From the human T2T-CHM13v2.0 reference genome, Homo sapiens: a DNA stretch of 64,000 bases. Shown piece by piece: positions 46,330-64,000 of this stretch (the first letter of the stretch is position 1; each line of letters starts with the position of its first letter). The stretch lies in NCBI RefSeq assembly GCF_009914755.1, contig NC_060938.1. One strand, written 5' to 3'. The notes under the pieces were generated by a model, which ran no database searches, had not been told where the DNA came from, and saw only the letters and a program-made list of their open reading frames with translations. Both the position numbers and the translations under genes were made by a program.

Positions 46330-48635
46330 AGATGCTATAAAATAGAAGAAGAGGAAATACACTGAATTTATCTTAACAAAGTTGATATTATCTTGATACT
46401 GGAGGAGACAAACACATTTAGAAAATGAACCCCAATATTTCTCATGAATATATGCACAGAAGTTCTTAATAAATTATGGAATTTCTACTATCACCAAGTG
46501 GTGTTTATTCTAGTGATGCAATGCTGGTTTAAGTTGAAAACCAATCAATACAGTCCACTATATTATTAGACCACAGAAAAACATATGACGATTTCAACTG
46601 AAACAGAAAAATTCTTTGATAGAATTCAACACCTATTCAGAATAAACTCCTCAGGGAAAAAAGATAGAAATAGAGTGGAACTTAATTTGATAAGAAAGTA
46701 TCTATGAAAAAACTACAGCTGGCATTATATTTAATGGTGAAAAGACTGAATGCATTACTCAAAATTGGAAACACGGCAAATGTATCTGTTCTCACTGCTC
46801 TTATTCAACTTAGTGCTTGTAGTTCTAGCCAGTAAAAATAAAATAAGAAAATAAAATAAAAGACATACAGATTTGAAAGAAAAAAAATCTGTTCTTATTA
46901 TCAGATGACATGTTTGTCTATGTAGAAAATCCTAAAGAATCTAACAAAAAATTAATCTACAACTAATAAGTTTGCAAATGTTTCAAGATACAATAGGAAT
47001 ATAAACAAACCAATTTCATTTCTATATATTAGCAATGAACACATGTACACTTAAAAACACTGTATAAATAACAGCAAAAATTAAGTACTTAGATACAAAT
47101 CTAACAAGTTATCTATTCATATATAGTATCACCTATATACAGAATACTACAAATTGTTGAAAGAAATACAAGATCTGAATAAAACAGACATTCTATGTTC
47201 ATGGATTCAAAGATTCAATAGGGTTAAGACGTCGATTCTTCCAAATATGTTCTATAATGTTTGTGAAATCCTAACAAAAATAGGCAAAACACTATATATA
47301 TTGACAACTTAATCCTAAAATTTCTATGAAAAAGTGAAATACACAATAGCCCACAAAGTAATGAACAAAAGAACAAAGTTGGAGGACTCACACTGCCCAA
47401 TTTCAAGAGTTGCTGTATGGCTACATAAATTATGACAGCATGGTATTGGTAAATGAATGAAAGACACCTAGATCAGTGAATAGAACAGAAAGTCCAGCCA
47501 GGCGCAGTGGCTCATGCCTGTAATCCCAGCACTTTGGGAGGCTGAGGCAGGCAGATCACGAGGTCAGGAGATCAAGACCATTCTGGCCAACATGGTGAAA
47601 CCCCGTCTGTACTAAAAATACAAAAAATTGGCTGGGCATGGTGGTGCATGCCTGTAGTCTCAGGTACTCGGGAGGCTGAGGCAGGAGAATGGCGTGAACC
47701 CGGGAGGCAGAGCTTCAGTGAGCCGAGATCGCACCACTGCACTCCAGCCTGGGAGATAGAAACTCCAGAAATAGACCAACATGAATATAGTCAATTGATC
47801 TTTGAAAAAACAGAAAAGGTAATTCAATGGACAAAATGTATCTTTTCAACAAATGATGCTGGAACTGGATATTCACATAAAAAATAAATAAACTTAGACT
47901 TTATAACTTTCATAAAATTAACTCAAAATGGATCACGGATCTAAATTCAAAAAAAGTAGGAGAATGTCTGTGTGTCCTTGAGTTTGGTGATGAGGCTTTA
48001 GGTAAAATCCCCAAACCATGATTCATGAAAGAAAAAAATTGATGAAGTGAACATTATTAACATTAAATGCTCTTGCTCTGTCTTTAGGAGATATAAAAAC
48101 TCACATTCACACAAATACCTGTACACATATTCACACGGCTGTATTCATGATAGCAAAAATCAGAAACAACTCAAATGTCCTCAGAGTTAACGGTTAAACA
48201 GATTATGTACATGAATAACAACAAATGAACAAATTACAGACAAAAGCAACCACCTAACTAAATTTGCAGAGAATTATTCTGAATGAAATAAGGCAATCTA
48301 AAAGATCATAGGTTGTGTAACTGCATTTATATAACATTCTTGAAATGACACAGTTATATAAATGAAGAACATATTAATGTATGCCAGGTGCTAGGGAATA
48401 AGTGGGAGAGGGAGGAAAGTGAGTGTGGCCACAAAAGGACTACTTGAGATAACTTGGAGGTGATGAAAATATTTTTTCTTGACAATGTTAATATGTTACT
48501 GTGAACTTGAACTATAGTTTTGCAACATATTACCAGTGGAAAAACTGGGTAAACGGAGCACTGTATCCCTTTTAATAATTTCTTATAACTGCATGCAGAT
48601 TTATTATCTCAAAATACAAAGCTTAATTAAAAATG
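46330..48635 (+). mobile_element. Old L1MB/MC ORF2 plus 3' end remnant, split by an Alu
   Basis: cagatgacatgtttgtctatgtagaaaatcctaaagaatc (degenerate ADDM), gttggaggactcacactgccc, acagcatggtattgg. Confidence 0.75.
47497..47757 (+). mobile_element. AluSc/Y-type SINE lacking its 3' end and poly(A) tail
   Basis: Ends at ccagcctgggagat; L1 sequence resumes agaaactccagaaatagacc. Confidence 0.9.
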
Positions 48636-48639
48636 ATAA

Positions 48640-50490
48640 CACTTAATTCCTGAAATATCTAGTACTGCTCAAATTCACTCCATGTCCTCCTAAACCTCTT
48701 AAAATTTATTTATTCAAATTAGGATTGAAACAGACTTTACAAATCACAATTGGTTGCTATGACTCTTGAATCTCTATCCCTGTGTCTTCACAATTTATTT
48801 ATTGAATTATTCTCAATCACTTGTTCTTCAATTTCACAATCTGGATTTTACCAATTGACTATCTGTGTTTTACTGTAACATATACTGTCATTCCTTACAT
48901 TTCTTGCAATTTACTGGCTATATCTGCTTTCTTATTATGACTCATGTTAAAAATATTTTTGGCCAGATGCGGTGGCTCATGTCTGTAATCCCGGCATTTC
49001 GGGAGGCAGAGGTGGGCGGATCATGAGGTTAGGAGATCGAGACCATCCTGGCTAACACGGTGAAATCCTCTCTCTACTAAAAATACAAAAAATTAGCTGG
49101 GCGTGGTGGAGGGCGCCTGCAGTCCCAGCTACTCGGGAGGCTGAGGCAGGAGAATGGCGTGAACCTGGGAGGTGGAGCTTGCAGTGAGCCGAGACGGTGC
49201 CACTGCGCCACTGCACTCCAGCCTGGGCGACAGAACGAGACTCTGTCTCAAAAAAAAAAAAAAAAAAATTATATATGCATTCTGTGCCTCTGTCAGGATA
49301 CACAAAATGCCTGGGTAGTTTATGCTTTGAGACATTAGCAATCACTGATGACCATTGCCTAGAGTAATCATTCAATTGCTTGTAAAAAAAAAAAAAAACG
49401 GCAAAGTTCTAACTCAATTATTCCTTTTTTTAAATCTATTAACCAGGTACTTTTTTAGCAGACATTTTCCCTTATTGACTATTTGATAAAATTATGACAT
49501 GAATGTATAGATAAATGCTTGATTATTTTTCGTTATTTACTAGTTTTGGAAATATTGATTTGGCTACTTAGCATCATACACAGATAAAAATGAGTTGTTT
49601 ATTCCTTTCTTTAAAAAAATATATTATGGCCTTATGGATTTTGCATATTTAAAGTGTTCAATCCATTATGGTTATTCTTATCATTATTATTAAAACTACC
49701 CCATCTTTGGCCAGGAAATCATTTCAAAATGTTTCCCCAATCAATTTGACAAGGCCTGAATAGTCTTTAATAGCACCCCTGCTTTTGGCAATAGAAAAAT
49801 ATTGCAGGCTTATCTTGGATATTTCCAGGGTCAGCCTTAAAAATCAACCAATTCAAAAATGAGATTTTATTTTTTTAATAAGAAATGGTATTTTAAGATA
49901 TCAACAGGTGAAATAGATGTGCCTTATGTGACAATGTTGGCAAGCAAGAAAGCTTATTTTGAAAGATCAAAATGTATTTTTGCTAGTGTAACCTTGAAAT
50001 AGATTCCAGGAGTAAGATTTCTGGGTCTAAGTCTGTCTTCTAGATATTGGTCAATTCCTCTCAATAGGAGAAGTTACCATCTTGTATTATCATAAACAAT
50101 ATTTAAGAGTGTGTATTCTCACAGTGTCTCATCAACTGAGTACATTATCAAACTTTGAATATAGGTCCAGATTTAGGTGACAAATAAAATATCAATGTAG
50201 TTGTAATTTTAAATCTTCTTATTTATGTGAGTTCAAGTATATTTTTCTATGTTTAAGGCCACTGACAATTATTTATTGTAAATAATTTCTATTTCCTTCC
50301 CACATTTCTACCAGACTATTTATTTTTTATTCTCTATTATAAAATGTATATAACAGCTATTATGTTTGATTTCATTAATAAATATTGATTTTTTCATATT
50401 TTGTCATTTTAATTTGACTTTTTATCATGTTTAAGCCTTCCTTTTATAAGTTATCATATACATCAATTTTTTTCCTAACTGTATTTGGAG
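48640..50490 (-). mobile_element. Old L1MC/ME remnants, split by an Alu
   Basis: atagataaatgcttgatt, cccatctttggccagg, agaaatggtattttaagatatc. Confidence 0.5.
48961..49268 (+). mobile_element. AluY SINE with an 8-bp internal duplication
   Basis: gagatcgagaccatcctggctaacacgg, gaatggcgtgaacc; gccactgc repeated at 49199-49214. Confidence 0.93.
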
Positions 50491-51185
50491 AGTTATTTAT
50501 AATTAGAAAAACTTTCTGCACTTGCAAGTGATAGAAAAAAAGTAACTATAGAAAAATATATTTCAGTATCATATACAGTCAGGGCATTCTCTTCAATAAA
50601 TGATGTTAGGAAAACTGGATATTCATACTCAGAAGAATAAAACTGGATACTTAGGTCAAGCCATACACAAAACTCAACCAAAAATATATCAAAGAGTTAA
50701 AAGTAACACCCGAAGCTATAAAAAAGCTAGAAGAAAACATAACAGACAATCTTCTTGACTTTGGTCTGTTGTTGTAAATGGAACCCCAAAGGCACAGGCA
50801 ATAAAAGGATAAACAGACAAAAGGTATTGCACAACAACGCAAACAGAGTGAAGAGACAATGTAAGGATAGGAGGTAATAACTGCCAACCATACATATGAA
50901 AATAAGATAATAGCTAAAATATATAAAGAATTCAACCTAATAGCAAAAACCAAACAACCCCACTCAAAATGGGCAAAGGACATGAACAAACATAAACAGA
51001 AGACACACAAATGGCCAACAGATATATAAAAAGATCTGCACTCCTATGATTATTGCAGGATTATTCTAAATGGCAAAGATACAGAAACAACAAATGTGTC
51101 TGTCAATAGAAAAATGGATACACACACAATGGACACACATATACGCACACACGAATACTGTTCACCTTTAAAGAAGTACAACACC

Positions 51186-52093
51186 GATAGAGGAGCCAAG
51201 ATGGCCGAACAGGAAAAGCTCCGGTCTACAGCTCCCAGCGTGAGCGATGCAAAAGACCGGTGATTTCTGCATTTCCATCTGAGGTACCGGGTTCATCTCA
51301 CTAGGGAGTGCCAGACAGTGGGCGCAGGCCAGTGGGTGCGTGCACCCTGCGCGAGCCCAAGCAGGGCGAGGCATTGCCTCACTTGGGAAGCGCAAGGGGT
51401 CAGGGAGTTCCCTTTCCAAGTCAAAGAAAGGCGTGACAGACGGCACCTGGAAAATCGGGTCACTCCCACCCTAAATACTGCGCTTTTCAGACCCCTCAAA
51501 AAAGGGCGAACCACGAGATTATATCCCACACCTGGCTTGGAGGCTCCTACGCCCACGGAATCTCGCTGATTACTAGCACAGCAGTCTGAGATCAAACTGC
51601 AAGGTGGCAGCGAGGCTGGGGGAGGGGCACCCGCCATTGCCCAGGCTTGCTTAGGTAAACAAAGCAGCCGGGGAAGCTGGAACTGGGTGGAGCCCACCAC
51701 AGCTCAAGGAGGCCTGCCTGCCTCTGTAGGCTCCACCTCTGGGGGCAGGGCACAGACAAACAAAAAGACAGCAGTAACCTCTGCAGACTTAAATGTCCCT
51801 GTCTGACAGCTTTGAAGAGAGCAGTGGTTCTCCCAGCACGCAGCTGGAGATCTGAGAACGGGCAGACTGCCTCCTCAAGTGGGTCCCTGACCCCTGACCC
51901 CCGAGCAGCCTAACTGGGAGGCACCCTGCAGCAGGGGCACACTGACACCTCACACGGCAGGGTATTCCAACAGACCTGCAGCTGAGGGTCCTGTCTGTTA
52001 GAAGCAAAACTAACAAACAGAAAGGACAACCACACCAAAAACCCATCTGTACATCACCATCATCAAAGACCAAAAGTAGATAAAACCACAAAG
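51186..52093. promoter_or_regulatory. L1 5'UTR with sense and antisense promoters; YY1 site intact
   Basis: CAAGATGGCCG at about 51197-51207; CpG-rich first 450 nt. Confidence 0.75.
51293..51637 (-). CDS. ORF0: L1 ORF0-like antisense ORF, 114 aa, open
   Basis: gcaATGGcg start; MAGAPPPASLPPCSLISDCCASNQRDSVGVG... lies within track ORF 51293..51700; expression unknown. Confidence 0.55.
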   Translation of the reverse strand: MAGAPPPASLPPCSLISDCCASNQRDSVGVGASKPGVGYNLVVRPFLRGLKSAVFRVGVTRFSRCRLSRLSLTWKGNSLTPCASQVRQCLALLGLAQGARTHWPAPTVWHSLVR

Positions 52094-53107
52094 ATGGGGA
52101 AAAAACAGAACAGAAAAACTGGAAACTCTAAAAAGCAGAGCGCCTCTCCTCCAAAGGAACGCAGTTCCTCACCAGCAACGGAACAAAGCTGGATGGAGAA
52201 TGATTTTGACGAGCTGAGAGAAGAAGGCTTCAGACGATCAAATTACTCTGAGCTACGGGAGGATATTCAAACCAAAGGCAAAGAAGTTGAAGACTTTGGA
52301 AAAAATTTAGAAGAATGTATAACTAGAATAACCAATACAGAGAAGTGCTTAAAGGAGCTGATGGAGCTGAAAACCAAGGCTCCAGAACTATGTGAAGAAT
52401 GCAGAAGCCTCGGGAGCCGATGTGATCAACTGGAAGAAAGGGTATCAGCCATGGAAGATGAAATGAATGACACGAAGCGAGAAGGGAAGTTTAGAGAAAA
52501 AAGAATAAAAAGAAATGAGCAAAGCCTCCAAGAAATATGGGACTATGTGGAAAGACCAAATCTACGTCTGATTGGTGTACCTGAAAGTGATGGGGAGAAT
52601 GGAACCAAGTTGGAAAACACTCTGCAGGATATTATCCAGGAGAACTTCCCCAATCTAGCAAGGCAGGCCAACGTTCAGATTCAGGAAATACAGAGAACGC
52701 CACAAAGATACTCCTCGAGAAGAGCAACTCCAAGACACATAATTGTCAGATTCACCAAAGTTGAAATGAAGGAAAAAATGTTAAGGGCAGCCAGAGAGAA
52801 AGGTCGGGTTACCCTCAAAGGGAAGCCCATCAGACTAACAGCGGATCTCTCGGCAGAAACCCTACAAGCCAGAAGAGAGTAGGGGCCAATATTCAACATT
52901 CTTAAAGACAAGAATTTTCAACCCAGAATTTCATATCCAGCCAAACTAAGCTTCATAAGTGAAGGAGAAATAAAATACTTTACAGACAAGCAAATGCTGA
53001 GAGATTTTGTCACCACCAGGCCTGCCCTAAAAGAGCTCCTGAAGGAAGCGCTAAACATGGAAAGGAACAACCGGTACCAGCCGCTGCAAAATCATGCCAA
53101 AATGTAA
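52094..53107 (+). pseudogene. ORF1: L1 ORF1p with premature stop (TGG>TAG at 52880-52882), 262 aa open
   Basis: MGKKQNRKTGNSK...ARRE*; coiled coil and RRM present, CTD lost. Confidence 0.95.
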
Positions 53108-53155
53108 AGACCATTGAGACTAGGAAGAAACTGCATCAACTAACGAGCAAAATAA

Positions 53156-56997
<3,842 letters not shown>

Positions 56998-58004
56998 ACA
57001 ATGAGATCACATGGACACAGGAAGGGGAATATCACACTCTGGGGACTGTGGTGGGGTGGGGGGAGGGGGGAGGGATAGCATTGGGAGATATACCTAATGC
57101 TAGATGACGAGTTAGTGGGTGCAGCGCACCAGCATGGCACATGTATACATATGTAACTAACCTGCACAATGTGCACATGTACCCTAAAACTTAAAGTGTA
57201 ATAAAAAAAAAAAAAGAAGAAGAAGTAGAACATCCTGGCATTTGTGACAACATGGTTGAACCTGGATGACATTATGCCAAGGGAAATAAGTCAGGCACAG
57301 GGAGGCAAATAATCCTTGATGTCACTTATACGTGGAATCTAAAAAACTTAAACTTATATATGCATTGTAGATTGGTGGTCACCAGGAGTTGAGGGGCTGG
57401 GAGGGAGATGTTGGTCATAGGTTACAAAGTTTCACAAAGCAACATGAATAAGCTCTGAAGATCTGTTTTACAGCGTAGTGAATATATAGTTAACAATTAT
57501 GTATATATAGTTAAAAATTGCTGAGAATAGATCTTAAATGTTATCAACAGAAAAAAAGTAAGTATGCGAGATAATGGATATGTAAATTATCTGGATTGTA
57601 TTATTTCATACTGTACACATATATCAGAGCATCACATTGTACACCTAAAAATATGTGCTTTTTTGATAATTATACCTTAATAAAGCTGGGAAAAAATAAA
57701 AGAAAACATAAAGCAATGAATTTGTTTTAGATAAGACTTTTTTGTTTACTATTGACAGATGGCTACAGAAATGTTCAAGGGTTTTGTCTCTTAACAAGAA
57801 TTTTTTTATGCATTTATTTTTACATTAAAAAAATATCATTGTGAAACTGGCCCTTTTCTCTGCCCATCCTTCCTGCCTCTCTTTTCTTTCTTTCTTTCAA
57901 ACACTTTTATGCACTATTTAGAACTTTTATTCATATAGATAATCACATATGTGTGTATACATTATTTTTCTGAGATAGTGACTTCACTGTAGCTTTATCT
58001 ATTT

Positions 58005-59140
58005 CATCTATTCTCAAAACTGTTTGATTATATGTCCCTTTACACTCAAAATATATTCAGAACCCCAGTGAGTTTATATTTGGGTTATATTTATAAGCAC
58101 TTACTATTACTACATTAGACATGAAAATGAATATATTTTCAAAGTTTAAAACATCAATATATTCATTTATTTTAAACACCAATAATAGATGCATTTTATA
58201 TATATACATGTGTATAAATTCAAATATGAATAAGTATATCACATATTTAATTGAAAAATAAATCTATTTTCCAAAACCAAAAGATAGGAAGACTCATAAT
58301 ACTTTACCTTCTTTCTTACTTTCTTTTTTTAACCAATCTTTTAATATCTAGTTTAATAGACAACCACTATATTTTCATGTAAGCGTATTAAATTTGTTGT
58401 AATTTTTTTTTGGTTGAGTATATAAAGAACATCTGGTTACACAGTTACGTAGTAAGAAAAGTATAGATTATATTAGTAGCCTTTCCAGATAATTGTGGAT
58501 ATACTTTGATACTATACCCAATTAGGGAAGTGGTCATTTATTAGTGGTTATTATAGAATCTGAAACTATATTGATTAAATTTGTATTATCTATTAATTTA
58601 CAACCCATTGGTTTATCTTGCACTTTTAATGGCCTTTAACATAAGTTCTATTGTTCAACATCATGCATTCATCATTTGGAAAATATTAGTTCACTGACTT
58701 ATACATATAGCAGCAATAATTTTATTGAATAATAAATATGTGTGTTTTATATTGAAGAAAAATGCTGACATATATCATAATTCAATATAAAATGATCATA
58801 TTTGTTGAAATCACTGATGATCTCATTTTAAAACATACAAGAATCGGTAGACTTTCCAGCAAACAATGCCATATATGTTTTCCAAAATTTTAATTTTCAC
58901 TTGAAGCCTCCAATTTTATTATCGACAACAAAGAGTACCAAGTTTTTACCTGTAAGTAACACTGGCTATACACTTTCTGGAATATATCTGCCAAAATCAG
59001 AATCTGAATAAACATACAAAAATAAGCAAACAAATTCAGCTAATGCAGCTCACAACTCAAATAACTGCACAAGCATTTTTCCTCAAGACAAAAAGAAGTG
59101 CTCTATGTTTTCTTACCATTTCTTTTACAGATCATTAAAA
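58005..59140 (-). mobile_element. Charlie1-type hAT DNA transposon remnant
   Basis: ccctttacactc...tgggttatat terminus; tagcctttccagataattgtggatat, catcatgcattcatcatttggaaaatattagttcactga, gcagctcacaactcaaataactgcacaagcatttttcctcaagaca (antisense transposase). Confidence 0.75.
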
Positions 59141-59675
59141 AGACCCTAATACTGATTTGTTATTCAGGAAGAGTATAGTTGTTCTAAAAGAAAGAAGAAA
59201 AATAGAATTTCTGGAGTTTGTCATTCTTCCTCAGCATGAGTCTCCAGTGTTTACAAAGATGAAAGATAGCCTCTCTACTGTATTTTATTTTATAATATAT
59301 ATTCATTAATATATGCATTTAGTTTTTAGCATGCCGTTTGTTATATTTGTTCTAATTTCATTTGTGTGATACAATATTAAGTTATATAAACTACTTAAGT
59401 TAGGACAAGTAGACCTTCAGAATCTATTGGAAATGTATCTTCAACTTTTGATTATAACTGAGAGTGATGAATAACTTCTACTGCATTTTAATGAACTAGA
59501 TGAACCATTTCCTGTAACTCATCAGTTTTGACTATATTCTGCTTTTCTTGTTAATTATGTGGATGAACTGTGTGGTCATGTTCCATAATATGAAATGTAA
59601 ACATAAAGAAACAATGTGGCATTAATTTTAGTGTTTAGAATTCAATAAGTACAGATATTTTCTAGAGTACCTTGA

Positions 59676-59677
<2 letters not shown>

Positions 59678-59715
<38 letters not shown>
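59678..59715. repeat. Perfect (AC)~19 microsatellite
   Basis: Directly visible. Confidence 0.97.
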
Positions 59716-59720
<5 letters not shown>

Positions 59721-62700
59721 ACTTTAAAGTTAAAACAGAATTAGTTCACCAAAAGTCTGAATTTAAATTAGTGGGGGTTCCTGAGTGTGATTACCAGCTG
59801 TCTGGTCAATTAATCAGTGACAGTAAATTCACCATTAGTTTATAAAACCCAGTAATTAGAGAGTATATGACCAGACCTCTTGACTCAGATATATTTCACA
59901 GATGAAGGAACATATAAACTTAGAAAAGAAGACTGGCCCAAGGTCACAGAATATTTTATTTATTTTTGTCACCACAGTGAATTAGAATAATGGTCCTAAT
60001 TTTGTTTTGAATATTTCACTACAAATTTATTATAAGATATTTAAATTATTTGTAAATATTTAGTTACTGAAGCAATTGTACAACTTCCCCATAAAACAAA
60101 AAGAAAAGAATTTTTTTTGCATTTCAGCATACTAACTTTTTTATTCTTTCATTATTTATTTGAGTTTTATACATTTCCATTTTCATTACTGAGTTTTAAT
60201 GAGGCAAACTTTAAAAGATGCTGGACTTATATTTTTAGAAAATGTCTTTGATCATTGAAGATCAGTTTTCTCCCCAGGTAGATTTAAAAAATAAGCCTGG
60301 TCCTTTCATATGATGAAATCTCTTCAGATTTCTTATTTTAGAGTTAAAAGTTGTAAAGTAATTTCCATAAATTACATAATGTTATTTTCACAGATGATAA
60401 CAACATTTTGTGTTGTTTAATTACAATTAGAGATTATAGTTAACCTTTTTCAGCATGACTTAATTTGGCAGAGCAATTTCCATTAAATTTGTTTGTTTTC
60501 AAACTACTATCTCAACATTATTCAGACTTGTTTTCCTACATATTAGAAAATACTTATATAAAGTTCCAAATTAATGCTTCACATTACATATTTCTAGTAA
60601 TGGACTGAATATTATTCATCTTGTAATAATGAGTATTAATTTAATTTTTTAACATTTCTTACTTTCACATTATATGAATTTTCATAAACTGTCAAATGTG
60701 AATATGATCAAATAATTATTGGCAAATGTGAAGTATGATGATAAAGAAAATGACTGTAAAATATAATTTCTAATCTATTAAAGATATAGATTATATATGA
60801 TTATGTGTATCTGTCTATGTGTATATATATATTTATTTGATGTTTGCTAAAATATGGAACAATATTTGAATCAGTTACATTTTAATCATTTTATAATTTC
60901 AAAATAAATTTGTCAGAATTTATTTGCTATAAGATTTATATTTAAGATGATGGAAATTAAAGGACAAATTGTTTTCATTTTTTATTTTGTGATCGATATC
61001 ATCAAAGTGAACATATTCCAGAGTAATTTCTTTATAAATTTATGTCAAAATGACAGAACATTTCCAATTCAAGAATATTGTAGTTTTGGTATAACTATTC
61101 CAATTGTTTGCCATCACACATTTATTATATTAATTTCCTAGTTTAGCAACTTGGATGACATGGGCAATATTTATTCATATATTTGTATATAACATTTATA
61201 TACATTTAACATATCACATTGTAGTAAGTTTACCTAAATATACATTGTATTATATTATATAATAATGCATTACATTTACAAATATTACATATTTCATTTA
61301 TATGACTTTTACATTTTAATTATAATGATTGTTCAGTTAAAACTATTATTAAATGGTGCTGTTTGTGAAATAGTTTTAACCATTCCATTAAAATTATAAA
61401 TTTTCCAGATTATTAAGTGTGTTTATACATAGGATTTCAATAGTTGTAGAGACAAACAACATTAATAATTAAATTTTTCATGGAAAGAAATAAAAGACAA
61501 AAATATTGGTGGAAATTGCTATGTTACAGGATAAATATATTTGTTTACAATTCCTTTTGTGCTTTCAACACACTGAAAAGTACATATGTGAAAAAGTATT
61601 GATACTCTTTCTATAAAATTTTTTTTACAAACATATATTTTATGGTATTAGCAGACACCCAATAAATGTTGATCAAATATTTAGTTATTTAAAATTATCT
61701 TTTCTTCAGGTGCAGATGAGGTTGTACAAACAATATTTCTGACCATGATTTTAGAAAATTCAATTTCATAAATTTGATTTCTTTCATACTAGTTTATTTT
61801 TCTTTTACTTAAGTTAGCCTCTCTGATGGATATTTTGATAAAAATAGAATCTGAACATATACATTTTAAAATTTTGAGTTTAATATGTACATTCTGATGA
61901 CATAATATAGGATAATATTTGAGAATATACTTTGCAGAGTCAAACAGATATCTAACAGAAAAATATCATTATTATGTTTTATTATTTATAAACTTGTAGA
62001 CATTTTCAACATTATTAGTACTTTTAAAAATTGTCTTAAAAACCTACTTGGTTTTTAAGCTTGAGTTTGATGACAATAAAAACAAATGACTAAAGAAACA
62101 TAAGAAATATTGTATCATAAATTTTTACTTAAAACAGAAACATTATGTTTTATAATTTCACTGTAGAGTCCTAACCCCTCAGAAACGATGTTTTATATTG
62201 CTATATTGGGTCTAGCTGGACTATTATTCCATACATCTTCATTCGTGAAAAGTGATTTCCTCAAGTGTGAAAAGTGGTGAAATGTACAATTTTTAGTGTG
62301 GACTTTCTTTATGACTTATGCAAATGCTTCAGTCATGTCTTGTAAAATTTTATTATCCTGTATCTTGCTATATCAAATAGTTCCATTTCCTCTCCAACAT
62401 ATAGAGTAACTCTAGAATATCATTTAATGTAAAATGCTTATTTGATAAGTTTTATATGTTGCTATAAATAATAGTTTTAGGTGAATAAAATACATATCTT
62501 CTACAATATGTTATATATATATAAAAATTCATCCTGACCCTTTATTTCCAACATTTAAGGAAAATATACAATTCCTGGAAGAACAATGATTTGAACCTTA
62601 CACTTCACAAAAAATATATAAAATTTATGTTTATTTCTAGAAGACATTTAAAATATCTTATTGATAAGGTTTTCAGAGAGAATTAAAGTAATTAGAAACT

Positions 62701-64000
62701 AGTTATAATATTTCACACATATTACTCTAATACCACAACATAAAATAAATTAGTGATTAAAGTAGTTAAGTAAGCACTGATAATTTCATCTTCATAATCA
62801 CTAAATAAAATGTTTTATCAATTAAAAGATGAAGACACACAGTCCTCTTTCAGGAGCAAAGCAACCAACAGTAACAGTGACTATCATACATTGAACACAT
62901 GATAAGTCATTTTGGCAGGTTCATCACCTGCCAAAATTTGTGGTCAACTGCACCACAAAAGGATTTAAAAGAGAATCTAAAGCTCATTTTTCCTCAGGAA
63001 CATTGATACTCTCCTGTCCACATCACTACCTGGGCTTACCACAACAAGAATCCTAAAGGACAGATGTCATTCCAATAGAGAAATGTCAACATTCTTAACA
63101 AAATAGAATCAAATAATTATTACTGAAGATCAAAGAAATCCTTCAATACATTTTTGTTTTGAATTTCTACATATAAATATAGTAAGCTAAATTCTCTCTC
63201 TCTATATATATATACATATGTAATTGAAATTGTTATTTTCTTTCTGAAATCTTTATGTACAATGCTTTCTTTTGATCCAGTCACTTAGGCACTTGCTATA
63301 TGGCATAAATTTAATGGATGTTTTATATTCTCATTATGAAGAAAGTAATTTTGCACATTATTGAATTGGAAATCACTCATCTAAGGAGAGATCATCTGTG
63401 CATTAGCCAGCATAACTATTTTATAGCCCTCGTTACACATGAGGGAGTGAAGTGATCATGGCTAGTATCATTAAACAGATGGCAGTGAATTTTTTCTCTC
63501 TTCTCTATAACTTAGAAGGAGTGTCCTTTCTTATTCTACTTCGAAATTAAGTTTAACCTAAAGAATAATGAAGGGTCAATTTCATGCTTTTTTTTAAAAA
63601 CTAGACTGTGGAACTTTACTGATAACCATCATTTCATTTGCCAATAATAAGTCAGATGATTTTTAAAAATATATCTAAAATCAATCATGTTGACTAGGAC
63701 TCAAAAAAACTTAAAACTAAATGAATTAAATATTAAACAACACCATACCTTTCCAGTACATAAGCAATCTATGGTTGATTTCAACCCTGGAAGATCAACT
63801 TTTCACATAAATTAAATATTATTCAAAATGTTAATGTAATTTTAGGTCCTAGGTCACAGATTAGCATTTTGATAACTAATTAAATTTATTAAATAGCTAT
63901 AAAACTATTAAGATATTGTTCTCAAAATGTTTCACAATAAATATTTTGCTGTGACATTTTCTGTAATTTCTATGACATTGTCCTTTTCTGAGTTTATTAA

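Noticed and set aside
49195-49220. Insertion in the Alu right arm suggesting AluYb8
   Set aside because: The duplicated unit is gccactgc, not the Yb8 gcagtcc, and other Yb8 diagnostics are absent

Overview
Primate, very probably human, genomic DNA (it carries an Alu with all five AluYa5 diagnostic changes). It is AT-rich and dominated by transposable-element remains. I see no host protein-coding exon, RNA gene, CRISPR array or prokaryotic feature. Every long ORF in the track comes from L1, Alu or LTR sequence or from low-complexity DNA. Main contents: (i) a full-length but dead L1PA2-type LINE-1 (51186-57219) whose antisense ORF0 is still open and extended; (ii) an LTR12 (HERV9) solo LTR with its promoter motifs (7353-8859); (iii) a five-layer nested insertion (about 19950-29600). 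The nest contains a TSD-bounded L1 with 5'UTR, ORF1, 3'UTR and poly(A) but almost no ORF2, a twin-primed inverted L1PA, and an AluYa5; (iv) four 5'-inverted L1 insertions in total; (v) many Alus, MaLR/ERV1 LTRs and DNA transposons (MER2, MER1B, MER96B, Charlie1). Family names come from recalled consensus sequences, not a database search. Boundaries without TSD support are approximate. The best novelty candidate is the ORF2-less 'half-L1'; nothing here demonstrates a new biological system by itself.
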